Origin: Nostoc sp.
Lineage (GTDB): Bacteria > Cyanobacteriota > Cyanobacteriia > Cyanobacteriales > Nostocaceae
Reading direction: 5' to 3'
Assembly (NCBI GenBank): GCA_036918135.1
Contig: JBALDB010000062.1
Span: 1 to 64,000 of the forward strand
Length of the DNA: 64,000 nt
Made by a program: the position numbers and the translations under genes. Positions 43,659-54,442 of this stretch are shown here, piece by piece. Numbering within the stretch: the first letter of the stretch is position 1; each line of letters starts with the position of its first letter. The notes under the pieces were generated by a model. The model saw only the letters and a program-made list of their open reading frames with translations. It searched no databases and was not told the origin of the DNA.

Positions 43659-44024
43659 CTAGGGAGAATATATAGTCTCATCTGACTGACGCCACGCAGG
43701 ATCGACTATGCATATAAACATTAGTGGCTCAGCCCCAGAATTCCGAATAAATTGTTTAGCATTGGGTGGAATATAGATAGCATCTCCTGATTCTACTATC
43801 TTTAGTTCATCATCTATATGCATTTCTCCTTGACCGCTAAGAATGTAGTAAACTTCAGAAGTTGTCAACGAATGAGGTGTAGAGGTTTGGCCAATGGGCA
43901 CTATTGCATGAGCTAGACTGTAGCGTAATTTTAAAGGTTGCTTATCAGGATGCAACAATTCTCGCAAGATAGTACTATCACCTGCAATGAATTCTGCACA
44001 TGCATTAAGTTTTTGTACTAGCAC
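43659..44024 (-). CDS. cupin domain protein
   Basis: TPHSL..SEVYYILSGQG and GDAIYIPP motifs. Confidence 0.88.
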   Translation of the reverse strand: MLVQKLNACAEFIAGDSTILRELLHPDKQPLKLRYSLAHAIVPIGQTSTPHSLTTSEVYYILSGQGEMHIDDELKIVESGDAIYIPPNAKQFIRNSGAEPLMFICIVDPAWRQSDETIYSP

Positions 44025-44160
44025 TGTAAAAAGCCTTTAAAACAAGAAATAACACTTTATTATGGCTGGCTACCAGCCATTAGAAAAGCCTAAATTTAAT
44101 CTTCCAGTTAGCCCATAAGCAGAGAAGACCTATTCATCAGCGATGTTATCAGTTATTTAT

Positions 44161-44313
44161 CTAGACATCACGGGCTTTGAAAAAATTATAAATAGCAAGT
44201 GCAATAGCCAAAAGCAATACTGCATGAATTAGATTTCCGGCAATATGGAGTGTTAATCCTAATGCCCAAAAAGCAACCAGCACAACAACAATGCCCCAAA
44301 GAAGACTTAGCAT
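44161..44313 (-). CDS. 50-aa two-helix membrane protein (lmo0937/DUF5670-like), missing from the ORF track
   Basis: Translates to MLSLLWGIVVVLVAFWALGLTLHIAGNLIHAVLLLAIALAIYNFFKARDV; the W..G....G.LIH..L pattern is characteristic. Confidence 0.8.
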   Translation of the reverse strand: MLSLLWGIVVVLVAFWALGLTLHIAGNLIHAVLLLAIALAIYNFFKARDV

Positions 44314-44615
44314 ATATTTACTCTTAGTTAAGTGATTTTTACTTGTTGAAATATTTTATAGCCTAACTTTGGTTTTACTGTATTTATCTTGAGATAGGTT
44401 TAAAAATTTAAATCATCTTTCTGAAGAAAGAAAATTTAGTACCATGAGTCTTGGGTAGAGCGACAGGGTAATCAAATGTCACCAGATAAGCATTTTAAGC
44501 AGGACGTTGGCAATTTGATTTTGAGATTCTGAGTACTATTTTGCAGTAGCAACCCCTCAAATCCATCTCGTCCAAAATGGTCGTTTTATAAACTGATGAT
44601 TGTAAATTAATGATC

Positions 44616-45014
44616 CTATGTAAACACGGGTGTAGTGTCTGTGTAGAATCTTACAGAAGTTACCAAACCTTCTTGATTGCGGTCAGTGAAAGCAACTGCT
44701 CTAATGGCTACAAACTCACCATCAGTACGCTTGTAATAATTTAGCGCTTCAAGGACAAAAGATGAATCATAACCATAAATGTTGAGCAGGTCATGTTCTA
44801 AACTAGCAAAGGTTTCCCAGTAAGCAGCAAGTCCTTGCATCACAAGCTCTTTGCCTTCAATTGGAGAGTTATTGTTTGACTGCACAGAGCAATTTGGCGC
44901 TAAAAATTTACTGTACGCCTCGATGTCTAAACTATCCAAAGCTTTCAAGTATTTTAGATACCACTCGTAAGTTTCGGGCGAAAGTTGATTGATTCTTAGA
45001 TTATTAGTTTTCAC
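44616..45014 (-). CDS. SnoaL/NTF2-like protein
   Basis: YLKALDSLD..F....C....NN..IEG and VRFYTD patterns. Confidence 0.75.
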   Translation of the reverse strand: MKTNNLRINQLSPETYEWYLKYLKALDSLDIEAYSKFLAPNCSVQSNNNSPIEGKELVMQGLAAYWETFASLEHDLLNIYGYDSSFVLEALNYYKRTDGEFVAIRAVAFTDRNQEGLVTSVRFYTDTTPVFT

Positions 45015-45255
45015 CAGTGACTCCTGTTTAATTACCTAACAATAAAATCAGGTTCTCTTACTATCTCACTTCACAAGGGGAGTACCATAACCTCAGACCA
45101 AAAAACTCGGATTTTGTTGGGTTTGATTTGGTTCAACCCAACCTACTAACGTGTTAAGTTTAATTTGTTGAGTTAAATAATCATACAATAGTTTGATTTT
45201 GGATTTTTTAGGTTTTTGAACCCAACTTTTTCAGGTTGACGCGCTACTACCAGAG

Positions 45256-48200
45256 TTAATGGTACGATTTGGTGATTTGTGTAATTGGAATTTCAATCCA
45301 AAATTCTGTACCTAATCCTGGCTGAGAATTACATTTAAATACACCACCGTGTTTATCCACAACGATCTGGTAACTAATTGATAACCCTAACCCAGTGCCT
45401 TTTCCCACTGGTTTAGTAGTGAAAAATGGGTCGCAGATCCTTGCTTTGAGGTCTTGGGGTATTCCTGGGCCATTGTCTGTTATGCGAATTACTACACTCT
45501 TAACATTCCCTTCTATCTCCCCAAGAGCAGTATGGATAATAATTTGACTGCTATGAAGTTTGGATGTAGAGCCTCTGTAATCTTCTAGGGCATCGATCGC
45601 ATTACTTAAAACATTCATGAATACCTGATTCAATGGCCCAGCATAGCATTCTACTAAAGGAAGGTCGCCGTACTCTTTAACTAATTTAATCGCCGGACTT
45701 TCTGGTTTTGCTTTTAAACGATGCTGCAAAATTAGCAAGGTGCTATCAATACCCTCATGGATATTAACTGGTTTTTTTTCTGCTTGATCGAGGCGGGAGA
45801 AATTCCGCAAACTCAAGACAATTTGCCGGATGCGATCGACGCCAATTTTCATTGAGGAGAGAGTTTTGGGTAAATCCTCAGTCAGAAATTCTAAGTCTAT
45901 TTCTTCTGCGCGCTCGCGAATTTCAGGGTTGGGGTTAGGGCTGTTTTGCAAATACAGGTCGAGCATACCAAGTAAATCTTGGGCGTATTCACTCACATGA
46001 TTAATGTTGCCATAAATAAAGTTGACTGGATTATTAATTTCGTGGGCAATACCAGCTACCAGTTGACCCAATGAAGACATTTTCTCAGTCTGGATGAGTT
46101 GGGTTTGAGTTTGTTTTAAATCATTCAAAGCTGTAGCCAGTTTTTCTGCCTGCTCCTTAGTCTGATTGAGTAATTCGACTTGTTGGAGTGCAACCCCAAG
46201 CTGATTGGCAATTTGAGTCATAAACTTAATTTCTGAGGTTTCCCAGTGACGCGGTGCAGAGTTTTGGTAAGCTGCTAACAAACCCCAGAGCTGTTGCCCA
46301 ATAAATATTGGGGCGATCGCATACGCCTTTGCTTGAATTTGCTCTAGGCCTGCAACATGGCACTCAGAGTGACCAGCTTGATAAATGTCATTGACTGCAA
46401 AGGTTTCATTATGGCGATATCGCCCACCTTGGGTTTCCTGCAAATAAGTATCTCGCCAAACTGTATTCCTATCTGGACTTACTAGCTTTATCCAACCCTC
46501 ACCCACAAACTCAGCGATGTATTCACCACTCCAATCAGCTTGGAAGCGGTATACTGCAACTCGATCCGCTTGTAGTGAATTACAAATTTCTTGAGTAGTT
46601 GTCTGAAAAATTGCATCTAAATCCAGAGATTCCCTAACTTTGGCCACAACTTCAAACAATACTCTTTGCTGTTCTGCTGCTTGTTGTAAATCTAAGGCCT
46701 GTTCTCGTGTCTGAGTGAGTAATTGAGCTTGCTGGAGTGCTACCCCCATTTGAGCCGCAATCTGACTGATAAAGTTGATTTCAGAAGCTTTCCATTGACG
46801 AGGGCCTGAGTGTTGATAAGTTGCCAGTAAACCCCAAAGTTTTTGCCCAACAAAGATTGGAGCAAGCACAAAAGCGTGAATTTGAAACTGCTCTAGATTG
46901 TCGATATGACATTGAGCAAACCCCATTTTGTAGATATCATCGACTGCAAATGTTTGATTGTAACGGTAACGTCCTCCCTGGGTATCTTGTAAGTAAGTAT
47001 CATTCCAAACTGTATTAATACCTAGTTCGGACTCATTCGACCAGTATGGAGTAGCAGCCTCGAAATCTCCAACAAATTCACCACCCCAATCACTATCAAA
47101 ACGGTAAACAGAAACGCGATCCGCTTTGATTAATTGACAAACCTCTTTAGTTGTTGTTTGAAAAATCGTATCTGTGTCCAAAGATTCACGAATCTCGGCA
47201 ATCACTTTAAACACAGCCTGTTGTTGTTCAGTCGTCCGTTGTAATTCGCTTGTGCGCCTTTTAACTTGATGTTCTAAATTTTCATTGAAGACTTGTATTT
47301 GTTGATATAGTTCATACTGTTGAATTGCGGAAGCAAAGTGTTTACTGAGGTTTTTAGCCAGTTCAATTTCTTCGATTGTCCATTTTTGAGCTTGTGCTTT
47401 TTTTGATTCACGCCAAACTTCAAAGGATTGTCGGGGGTACAATTGTCTTCGATCGCCATCATACTGCCCTGCCCACAGGGTTTCTGTATCTATTTCGTTG
47501 CGGAAAATAGTTAAATAGCCTAGCAACTGCTGACGATATTGAAGTGGGATCGCCAATATACTGCGAATTTTAGTTGGTTGAAAAGCAACTTGCAAACTTC
47601 GCAAACTAGAAGTTTGATAAATATCTGAAATCGCCCAAACATCGTATTCTTCACTGGATTTATAGTGTTCCTGCCAAACATTATACTGCTCTATAAGTGG
47701 ATATATCGTCTGTTCTGGCATTACAGGTTGCTGACCGCAAGTATAAAGTTTAATGCAGGTGTTTCCAGGAATTAAGCATTCTGTGAAGCTGGCAATCCTG
47801 CTATGGTGAAAATCAAAAGCTGCATTTCTAATGCAAAGCCGACCACCAACACCATCAAAGGCAGTAACGGCAGCTTCTAGGGCTGGCTGTAATACAATTG
47901 TTGGGAGTGAATGTAGTAAGCTAGCAATGTGATTAATGATGGTTTGTTGTTCGGCTGTTTTGCGGACTTGAGTCAGGAGGCTACTTTGAGCGATGGCTAT
48001 TGAGAGCTGATCGACTACCATCTGCATTGCTTCTAGTTCATATTCTGAAATCAAACGCACTTGGGAATTATGAGACACCAACAGCCCCCAGAGTTGATTT
48101 TGATAAAGGATAGGGGCTGCTATACTGGATTTGACACCCATTGCTGTCAAATATTCAATATGGCAGGGGTCTACAGGGCGGTAACGGATTTCCTCTTTTA

Positions 48201-48576
48201 TGGTTTCTCCGCTTTCTAAATCACGCAGGTGACTTTGACCAATTTCTTGAGTATCAACGTTCACAATAGAACGCACCCGTGATTTAATAAATAGTTCGCG
48301 GGCGGTGGCTGGAATATCATCAGCAGGGAAATTCAGCCCCAGTAGCGACGGCAAACGATTGTGGTAAATTGATTCAGCAATCACCTGACCGCTACCATCA
48401 GCATGAAATTTGTAAATCATCACTCTGTCAGTTTGCAGTAGCGATCGCACCTCTGCTGTTGTTGTTGTGATAATCTCTTCTAATTCTAAGCTTCTGCGAA
48501 TACGATTTGTAATTCGGTGTAGTAAACTTTCTTCATGGCGAGTTTCCCGCCAGTCTTGTTCTGAGTTCGAGGTCAT
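45256..48576 (-). CDS. aphC: AphC-like photoreceptor kinase: knotless phytochrome GAF-PHY, two CBCR GAFs, histidine kinase
   Basis: FPADDIP and VDPCH in GAF1; WxDTYLQ.TQGGRY...CH in GAF2 and GAF3; AHEINNP H-box; GKGTGLGL G-box. Confidence 0.85.
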   Translation of the reverse strand: MTSNSEQDWRETRHEESLLHRITNRIRRSLELEEIITTTTAEVRSLLQTDRVMIYKFHADGSGQVIAESIYHNRLPSLLGLNFPADDIPATARELFIKSRVRSIVNVDTQEIGQSHLRDLESGETIKEEIRYRPVDPCHIEYLTAMGVKSSIAAPILYQNQLWGLLVSHNSQVRLISEYELEAMQMVVDQLSIAIAQSSLLTQVRKTAEQQTIINHIASLLHSLPTIVLQPALEAAVTAFDGVGGRLCIRNAAFDFHHSRIASFTECLIPGNTCIKLYTCGQQPVMPEQTIYPLIEQYNVWQEHYKSSEEYDVWAISDIYQTSSLRSLQVAFQPTKIRSILAIPLQYRQQLLGYLTIFRNEIDTETLWAGQYDGDRRQLYPRQSFEVWRESKKAQAQKWTIEEIELAKNLSKHFASAIQQYELYQQIQVFNENLEHQVKRRTSELQRTTEQQQAVFKVIAEIRESLDTDTIFQTTTKEVCQLIKADRVSVYRFDSDWGGEFVGDFEAATPYWSNESELGINTVWNDTYLQDTQGGRYRYNQTFAVDDIYKMGFAQCHIDNLEQFQIHAFVLAPIFVGQKLWGLLATYQHSGPRQWKASEINFISQIAAQMGVALQQAQLLTQTREQALDLQQAAEQQRVLFEVVAKVRESLDLDAIFQTTTQEICNSLQADRVAVYRFQADWSGEYIAEFVGEGWIKLVSPDRNTVWRDTYLQETQGGRYRHNETFAVNDIYQAGHSECHVAGLEQIQAKAYAIAPIFIGQQLWGLLAAYQNSAPRHWETSEIKFMTQIANQLGVALQQVELLNQTKEQAEKLATALNDLKQTQTQLIQTEKMSSLGQLVAGIAHEINNPVNFIYGNINHVSEYAQDLLGMLDLYLQNSPNPNPEIRERAEEIDLEFLTEDLPKTLSSMKIGVDRIRQIVLSLRNFSRLDQAEKKPVNIHEGIDSTLLILQHRLKAKPESPAIKLVKEYGDLPLVECYAGPLNQVFMNVLSNAIDALEDYRGSTSKLHSSQIIIHTALGEIEGNVKSVVIRITDNGPGIPQDLKARICDPFFTTKPVGKGTGLGLSISYQIVVDKHGGVFKCNSQPGLGTEFWIEIPITQITKSYH

Positions 48577-48827
48577 TGCTGATAATATCTTCAATTAATA
48601 ATTTTTAAACAGAGATAATTAAATCTAATGATATTTTGGAATTTTTTTAATCAATTTGTCTTCAGTAAAACTACGGCAAATCAATAAGGAAAAATTTTAT
48701 TTTTTTGATAAAATTTATGAAAAACTATAAAAAAAGACGCTAAGAGAATTGCGTCTGTACCAGCTATGAATCAAGAATTTTGCTTTTTAGCTTTTACTTT
48801 TTGTGGAGATAAAAATGTTCGAGAAAA

Positions 48828-50015
48828 TTAAACTCTTATGTTGTCAGCAAAGCTAATTTTCAGATAATCCTCTTCCATTTTTGCTCCTGCTGGTTGTAGT
48901 GCTGCTAAGGCTTGCGGCAAAACTAAGTTACGACGGTGATTGCCAATAGTAATATTTAATTCGTCCCCTGTTTTACTCAGTTGAACCTGACTTTTAGGAA
49001 TACCAGGTAAGTAAAGTTCCAAGCTGTATTGATTTTGTTCTTGCACAACTCGAATAGTCGTTTCTTTATAATAAACCTGAGTCGGGTCTTCATCTTTATA
49101 AAGGGTTTCTTTCAAGCGTTCTAATGCAGCTAATCCACACATTTCCTCAGAGAATAATGGAACTTCTTTCACAGGTAGAGGGTGGAAATTATCATGAATC
49201 TCCTGACGATATTGCTCTTGACTTTGCTTCCAACGCTGAAAAAATGGGTCTTGGACTTCACTGGGAATAATCCGGTTGGCCACAACTAAATCAGTGGCAA
49301 CATTATATAAACTCAAATAAGCATGGGCACGAAGAGATTCTTTAATCACCATCTTTTCGGGATTAGTCACCAGACGCACTGAGGTTTGAGTATTGTCTGT
49401 TAATACTTTTTCGAGAGCTTCGATTTGTTCGTAAAACTCGTAAGGCGCATCCATTACCTCTTTATCTGGTAATGAAAAACCAGCAATTGGTTTAAAAATA
49501 GGTTCAACCAAAGGCCGGAGTGCTGCTGAGATATTTTGAAATGGTTTGTAAAAGCGGCGCATATACCAACCGCCGACTTCAGGTAAACTCAACAAGCGCA
49601 GTGCTGTACCAGTGGGGGCTGAGTCGATAATTAAAACATCAAACTCACCTTCGTCGTAGTGGCGTTTCATCCTTACCAAGCCAAAAATCTCATCCATACC
49701 TGGTAAAATTGCCAATTCTTCCGCTTGTACCCCTTCTAAACCCCTTGCTTGTAAAACTTGGGTAATGTAACGTTTCACAGCACCCCAGTTTCCCTCTAAT
49801 TCTTGCAATGCATCCAATTCTGCACCCCACAAATTTGGGCGAATTTTTCGGGGTGCATGTTCCATTTCCATGTCAAAACTGTCTGCTAGGGAGTGAGCGG
49901 GATCTGTACTTAAAACCAACGTTTGATAGCCTAATTCTGCACAGCGGAGTCCAGTTGCAGCAGCAACAGATGTTTTACCTACGCCACCTTTGCCGGTCAT
50001 CAATATTACACGCAT
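48828..50015 (-). CDS. ArsA/Get3-family ATPase with C-terminal alpha-crystallin-like domain
   Basis: [16 protein letters not shown] and DSAPTG motifs. Confidence 0.92.
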   Translation of the reverse strand: MRVILMTGKGGVGKTSVAAATGLRCAELGYQTLVLSTDPAHSLADSFDMEMEHAPRKIRPNLWGAELDALQELEGNWGAVKRYITQVLQARGLEGVQAEELAILPGMDEIFGLVRMKRHYDEGEFDVLIIDSAPTGTALRLLSLPEVGGWYMRRFYKPFQNISAALRPLVEPIFKPIAGFSLPDKEVMDAPYEFYEQIEALEKVLTDNTQTSVRLVTNPEKMVIKESLRAHAYLSLYNVATDLVVANRIIPSEVQDPFFQRWKQSQEQYRQEIHDNFHPLPVKEVPLFSEEMCGLAALERLKETLYKDEDPTQVYYKETTIRVVQEQNQYSLELYLPGIPKSQVQLSKTGDELNITIGNHRRNLVLPQALAALQPAGAKMEEDYLKISFADNIRV

Positions 50016-50208
50016 GGATGATTCTTTCCTGCCTGAGGATTTTTAACAATTATTTACATTATCGACTGTTTAAGGAAAATAAATGCTGCTTTAGCACGTC
50101 TAGACGCTAACAGTTCAATAATGAATATGGGAAACGATCCAGCCATATAGTCTATACTGACTGCTATTTATATAGTAGTGGATTAATGAAATACGGTAGG
50201 AGGCGGTA

Positions 50209-50817
50209 ATGTCAAAACCAAAAATTCTCCAACCGGATGGAAACTATTCGTTTCGTTCATACTTTGAGTTTTTCTATGATACAGATGAAGTTTTAGCAGA
50301 GTTTGATTATGCTTTTGTGCGTAAGCGTTTGCAACTTCCGAGAACGAGTAATCAAATAGACGGACTCGATAAACTTCGACAACAACTTGAAGATACAATT
50401 CCCTACGTTACTCTTAGCAGTGAAACCGCCAAAAGAGAAATTTTGGTTGCACCAGTCTTGAGTCGAGTAGCGGTTATTTGTAAGCGACTGCTGCGAATTG
50501 AATACCCGTTGAAGGTAAATAATTTACTCCAAGGAAATTTGGACTATTTCATTCAATCGCAATACAACTTAGTTGTGGTTGAAGCAAAACGAGATGATTT
50601 GACACGCGGATTTACCCAATTAGCAGTAGAAATGATTGCACTGTCGATGTTGGAAAATGTGCCAAATATAGTCTATGGTGCTGTGACGATGGGAGATGTC
50701 TGGGTATTTGGAACTTTGGATCAGAATTTACGTACTATTACACGAGATATTACATCCTATACTTTGCCAGATGATTTAGTAGAGATAGTCAAGATTTTAG
50801 TGGGAGTTTTGGAGTAA
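50209..50817 (+). CDS. hypothetical PD-(D/E)xK nuclease-like protein
   Basis: G.LDY...VVVEAKR..L..GF.QL..EM and YGAVT.G..W patterns. Confidence 0.65.
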   Translation: MSKPKILQPDGNYSFRSYFEFFYDTDEVLAEFDYAFVRKRLQLPRTSNQIDGLDKLRQQLEDTIPYVTLSSETAKREILVAPVLSRVAVICKRLLRIEYPLKVNNLLQGNLDYFIQSQYNLVVVEAKRDDLTRGFTQLAVEMIALSMLENVPNIVYGAVTMGDVWVFGTLDQNLRTITRDITSYTLPDDLVEIVKILVGVLE

Positions 50818-50852
50818 GCTTTATTACTAAATACATACACTTGACATAAATA

Positions 50853-51134
50853 TTACCCTAACTCCTCTGTTGGGTCTTCCTGCAATAGTAAATCGAGCTT
50901 TGTTTCTATTGCTGAAAGTTTTTTGATAATTGTCGGACGATCGCCATCAACAGAAATTAGTAAATTGGTTATTCTATCTTGTATAGTGCTTAATTGTGTC
51001 ATTGCATTCTGAAGCTGGATCATTCCTTCTCTGAGTTCTTGGCGTTCCTGTCGCGCTTCAGTTATTTCATCTAACATAGCTTGGACTGTTTTAGCATTAC
51101 TCTCAATTAGATGTTTGAGTTCTTTATCAGTCAT
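50853..51134 (-). CDS. small coiled-coil hypothetical protein
   Basis: 93-aa ORF with heptad character (LIESNAK..QA). Confidence 0.7.
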   Translation of the reverse strand: MTDKELKHLIESNAKTVQAMLDEITEARQERQELREGMIQLQNAMTQLSTIQDRITNLLISVDGDRPTIIKKLSAIETKLDLLLQEDPTEELG

Positions 51135-51186
51135 TGCGATCGCACTTTCAAGTTGAGTTTATTATTAATCATAAATTGTTGGTTGA

Positions 51187-52404
51187 TTACTTTTTAAATA
51201 GTTGCCAACATTGTTGAGCGATCGCCCAGTCTTCTTGAGTATGTATTACTAATACTCTCACTGCTGAGTCGGGTGTGGCAATATCTTCATCTACAGGCTG
51301 CTGTTGATTTTTTTCTAGGTCTATTTTTAATCCCAAAAATCCCAAAGCTTCACAGCCGGCTTGGCGAATTGCTGGAGTGTTTTCACCCACGCCTGCGGTG
51401 AACACCAAAGCATTTAATCCCCCCAAACTGGTAAGCATTGCACCAATACCAGAACACAAGCGATGCACGTAGATATCCCATGCCAGTTTAGCGCGAGTGT
51501 TGCCTTGGGCGATCGCTTTTGTGACTTCACGCATATCGCTAGATACAGCCGAAATTCCTCGTAAACCAGAAGATTTATTTAAAACTTCATCTAATTTTTC
51601 TACAGAGTAATTGCAGTACTGCAACAGGTGAATCAAAATTCCCGGATCGACTGAACCAGAACGACTACCCATCATTAATCCTTCCAAAGGTGTCATTCCC
51701 ATAGTGGTATCAATACTGCGACCATTTTTAATCGCTGCCAAAGAGCAACCATTGCCGAGATGACAGATAATTAATCGTAGCGATGCTAAATCTTCACCGA
51801 GAATTTGGGCAGCACGACTAGAACAATATTGGTGACTGATACCATGAAACCCGTAGCGGCGGATACCTTGCTCTATCCATTCATAGGGGCCAGGGTAAAT
51901 TGCTGCTGCATCGGGGAGAGTGCTATGAAATGCAGTATCAAAAACTGCAACTTGGGTGACTTCTCCTAAGATATTTTCAATTGCTTCTATACCTGCCAAA
52001 GCGCTTGGATTGTGTTCTGGAGCTAGATTAGCCAAACGAGCGATCGCCTTTTTGACATCCTCCGTAATTACCACACTATCTCGATAATCTTGTCCACCAT
52101 GTACTACACGATGTCCAACCATATCAATTTCTGACAAGCGATTAATTACTTTAGTAGGATCGCGAATGAGTGTATTGAGCAGATGAGTAAGGTGTGTTTG
52201 TGGAGAGTCACTAGAAATTGATTCTTGTAACTTTGCACCCGTAGCAGTTTTCACTTCAATTTCTGCCATACCGTTGTCTTGAGTCCAGTTGACTTTTCCT
52301 TCCCAAAGAGGTTGGGCTGCTTGATTGAGGAGAGCCTGATTTGGAATTTCATACAGACAACTTTTTTGGCTGCTCGAACCAGCGTTTAGCACCAATATCT
52401 TCAT
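51187..52404 (-). CDS. ackA: acetate kinase
   Basis: LVLNAGSSSQK, GHRVVHGG, YGFHG and TAGVGEN motifs. Confidence 0.95.
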   Translation of the reverse strand: MKILVLNAGSSSQKSCLYEIPNQALLNQAAQPLWEGKVNWTQDNGMAEIEVKTATGAKLQESISSDSPQTHLTHLLNTLIRDPTKVINRLSEIDMVGHRVVHGGQDYRDSVVITEDVKKAIARLANLAPEHNPSALAGIEAIENILGEVTQVAVFDTAFHSTLPDAAAIYPGPYEWIEQGIRRYGFHGISHQYCSSRAAQILGEDLASLRLIICHLGNGCSLAAIKNGRSIDTTMGMTPLEGLMMGSRSGSVDPGILIHLLQYCNYSVEKLDEVLNKSSGLRGISAVSSDMREVTKAIAQGNTRAKLAWDIYVHRLCSGIGAMLTSLGGLNALVFTAGVGENTPAIRQAGCEALGFLGLKIDLEKNQQQPVDEDIATPDSAVRVLVIHTQEDWAIAQQCWQLFKK

Positions 52405-52554
52405 AATCGGAAAAGGCAACCTGCTCTAATCATGTCACAATGCTACAGTTAGTCGCGACTGCGTGCTATTGGGCATTAGACGTATTTTAAAAATAGGGAA
52501 CTCTTGAGAGCTAACCGAACAAGCAGAAAGACTGAGGTGCAAGAGTGTTAATTT

Positions 52555-52665
52555 TTGCAAGACGATGCACTCACATTGCAGGTCGATGCAATCGCATTGC
52601 AGGTCGATGCACTCACATTGCATGTCGATGCACTCAGATTACAGGTTGATGCAATCACATTGCAG
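52555..52665. repeat. 21-bp tandem repeat, 5.3 units (TTGCAGGTCGATGCACTCACA)
   Basis: Units start at 52555, 52576, 52597, 52618, 52639 and 52660. Confidence 0.93.
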
Positions 52666-52715
52666 CTTTTAGAGTAGGCAAATTCTTACCTCTTTTAAAA
52701 ATGGCAAGTGGAGAA

Positions 52716-54158
52716 TTACGAATTACGAGTTACCAAAGGCCGATATTTAGGAATATTTTCTTTATCAGTAAACTTATCTGGTTGAGGACGTGGATTAATT
52801 ATTTGCTTTAAAACCTGCATGACAATATGTGGCTGGAAAACTGCGCTTGTTGGCTTGAGTAAATTCATCACTTCCAAGAAAAGCTGATGAATTTCTGGAC
52901 TGTCAGCTTGCAGCAGTAATAGTCGATCTAAATACAGCTGCGTAAATTTGCTAATCAAATTAGGTTTTCCTCCCTCGGTAGTAGACCAACGGAAGTCCTC
53001 ACCTGTAGCCATCAACCAAGGTACAGAAATGGCTTTGCTTAGTTGCTTTTGAAAATATTGTGGGAAACCGATTAAATTACCATTGGATTGGTTAGATAAT
53101 TGCTTGCTCAAACATTCATCTAAAGTCAAAGCGCCCAAAGCAGCGGTAGTCATACCTTGACCGTAGACGGGATTGAAGGCACAAACGGCATCACCGACTA
53201 TTATCAAACCTTCTGGGAATTTAGAAAGTTTTTCGTAGTGACGCAGGTTATTCTCTGTACGTTTATAGGCGTAGATGGGCGAGATGGGTTGAGCATCTTT
53301 TATGGCTTCATAGATAATAGGCGATCGCAAACTTTGGGCAAAGTCTAAAAATCCGGCTTCGTCAGTTGGTGGATAATCTCGACCTACGCCAGCAAGTGTC
53401 ACAATCCAACGATTACCTTCTACTGTATAAAGCACACCACTGCGAGTATCTTTTGGTGGTTTTGACGTAATCAGCAAAACTTGCCAATCTCGCTGCAAAC
53501 CCTCTGGCTGATGATACCAGCGGCTAGCATAACCTAAAAAAGAGTTGACAACTGTCTGCTGGGGTGACTTATAACCCAATTCCTCCAACCATCCAGGTGT
53601 GCGAGAATTACGACCACTGGCATCTACGACTAACTTAGCGAGTATCTCTGCTTCCGGTTCCTTACCAAACCTGACCTGTACACCTGTAATCTTAGTTTTG
53701 TTAGGGTTGCACAGCAAGTTAGTTACTTGTGCTGCTTGTACAAATTCTATCCTGTCATTAGCTGCCAAACGGCGGCGGATACTCCACTCCAAAAGATTTC
53801 GGCTAGAGCCGCAGCTGGTTAAATGAGAAGCAAAGCGTGGTGCCCAACCGTTATAACCTAGCCAAGGACAATCTGCTACTGCGTCTATAATCGGTGTGCC
53901 CCAATCAGCTAACTCCGCTATGATGCCAGGAAAAAGCTGCTCTAAAATCTGCTGACCTCTGATGAGTAAAACATGGACATGATGAGCTTGGGGTATACCG
54001 TGACGTTGTTCGGGTTGTTCGGGAAAGCGATCGCGTTCTACAATTGTGACGCGATCGAAGTACTTGGTAAGTACTTGAGCTGTCAACAGTCCGGCAATAC
54101 TTCCCCCAATCACAATAGCTTTGTTTTCTGTAGCTGGAGAAATTTTAAAATCCAACAT
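52716..54158 (-). CDS. FAD-dependent monooxygenase/epoxidase-like protein
   Basis: IGGSIAGL, VDASGR and GDAVCAFNPVYGQGMT motifs. Confidence 0.88.
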   Translation of the reverse strand: MLDFKISPATENKAIVIGGSIAGLLTAQVLTKYFDRVTIVERDRFPEQPEQRHGIPQAHHVHVLLIRGQQILEQLFPGIIAELADWGTPIIDAVADCPWLGYNGWAPRFASHLTSCGSSRNLLEWSIRRRLAANDRIEFVQAAQVTNLLCNPNKTKITGVQVRFGKEPEAEILAKLVVDASGRNSRTPGWLEELGYKSPQQTVVNSFLGYASRWYHQPEGLQRDWQVLLITSKPPKDTRSGVLYTVEGNRWIVTLAGVGRDYPPTDEAGFLDFAQSLRSPIIYEAIKDAQPISPIYAYKRTENNLRHYEKLSKFPEGLIIVGDAVCAFNPVYGQGMTTAALGALTLDECLSKQLSNQSNGNLIGFPQYFQKQLSKAISVPWLMATGEDFRWSTTEGGKPNLISKFTQLYLDRLLLLQADSPEIHQLFLEVMNLLKPTSAVFQPHIVMQVLKQIINPRPQPDKFTDKENIPKYRPLVTRNS

Positions 54159-54442
54159 TTGAGACTTAATTTAGCTTTTTGTTATGATTTTACACTTAAC
54201 ATTTATTATCTTGCAGAGGTTTTTAAATTGATTTATATATAGCAATCAGATTTAATTCCTGAACTCACTTATGTATAGTGGGAATAGGGAATAGGAAGAA
54301 GGGATAGATATGTACTGAGTCTTGTTCAAAAATCTTTGGAGGAGTCCTATAGAAAATATTAAAAGTCAAAATTCAAAAGTAAAACAATAGTTTGTTTATT
54401 ACTATTGAACTTTGACTTATAAGTTTAAAGTGATTAAATTGC

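Noticed and set aside
52435..52665. Cys-rich metallothionein-like ORF (52435..52623) or CRISPR array
   Set aside because: The CxC pattern comes only from the 21-bp repeat; there are no spacers and no RBS evidence.
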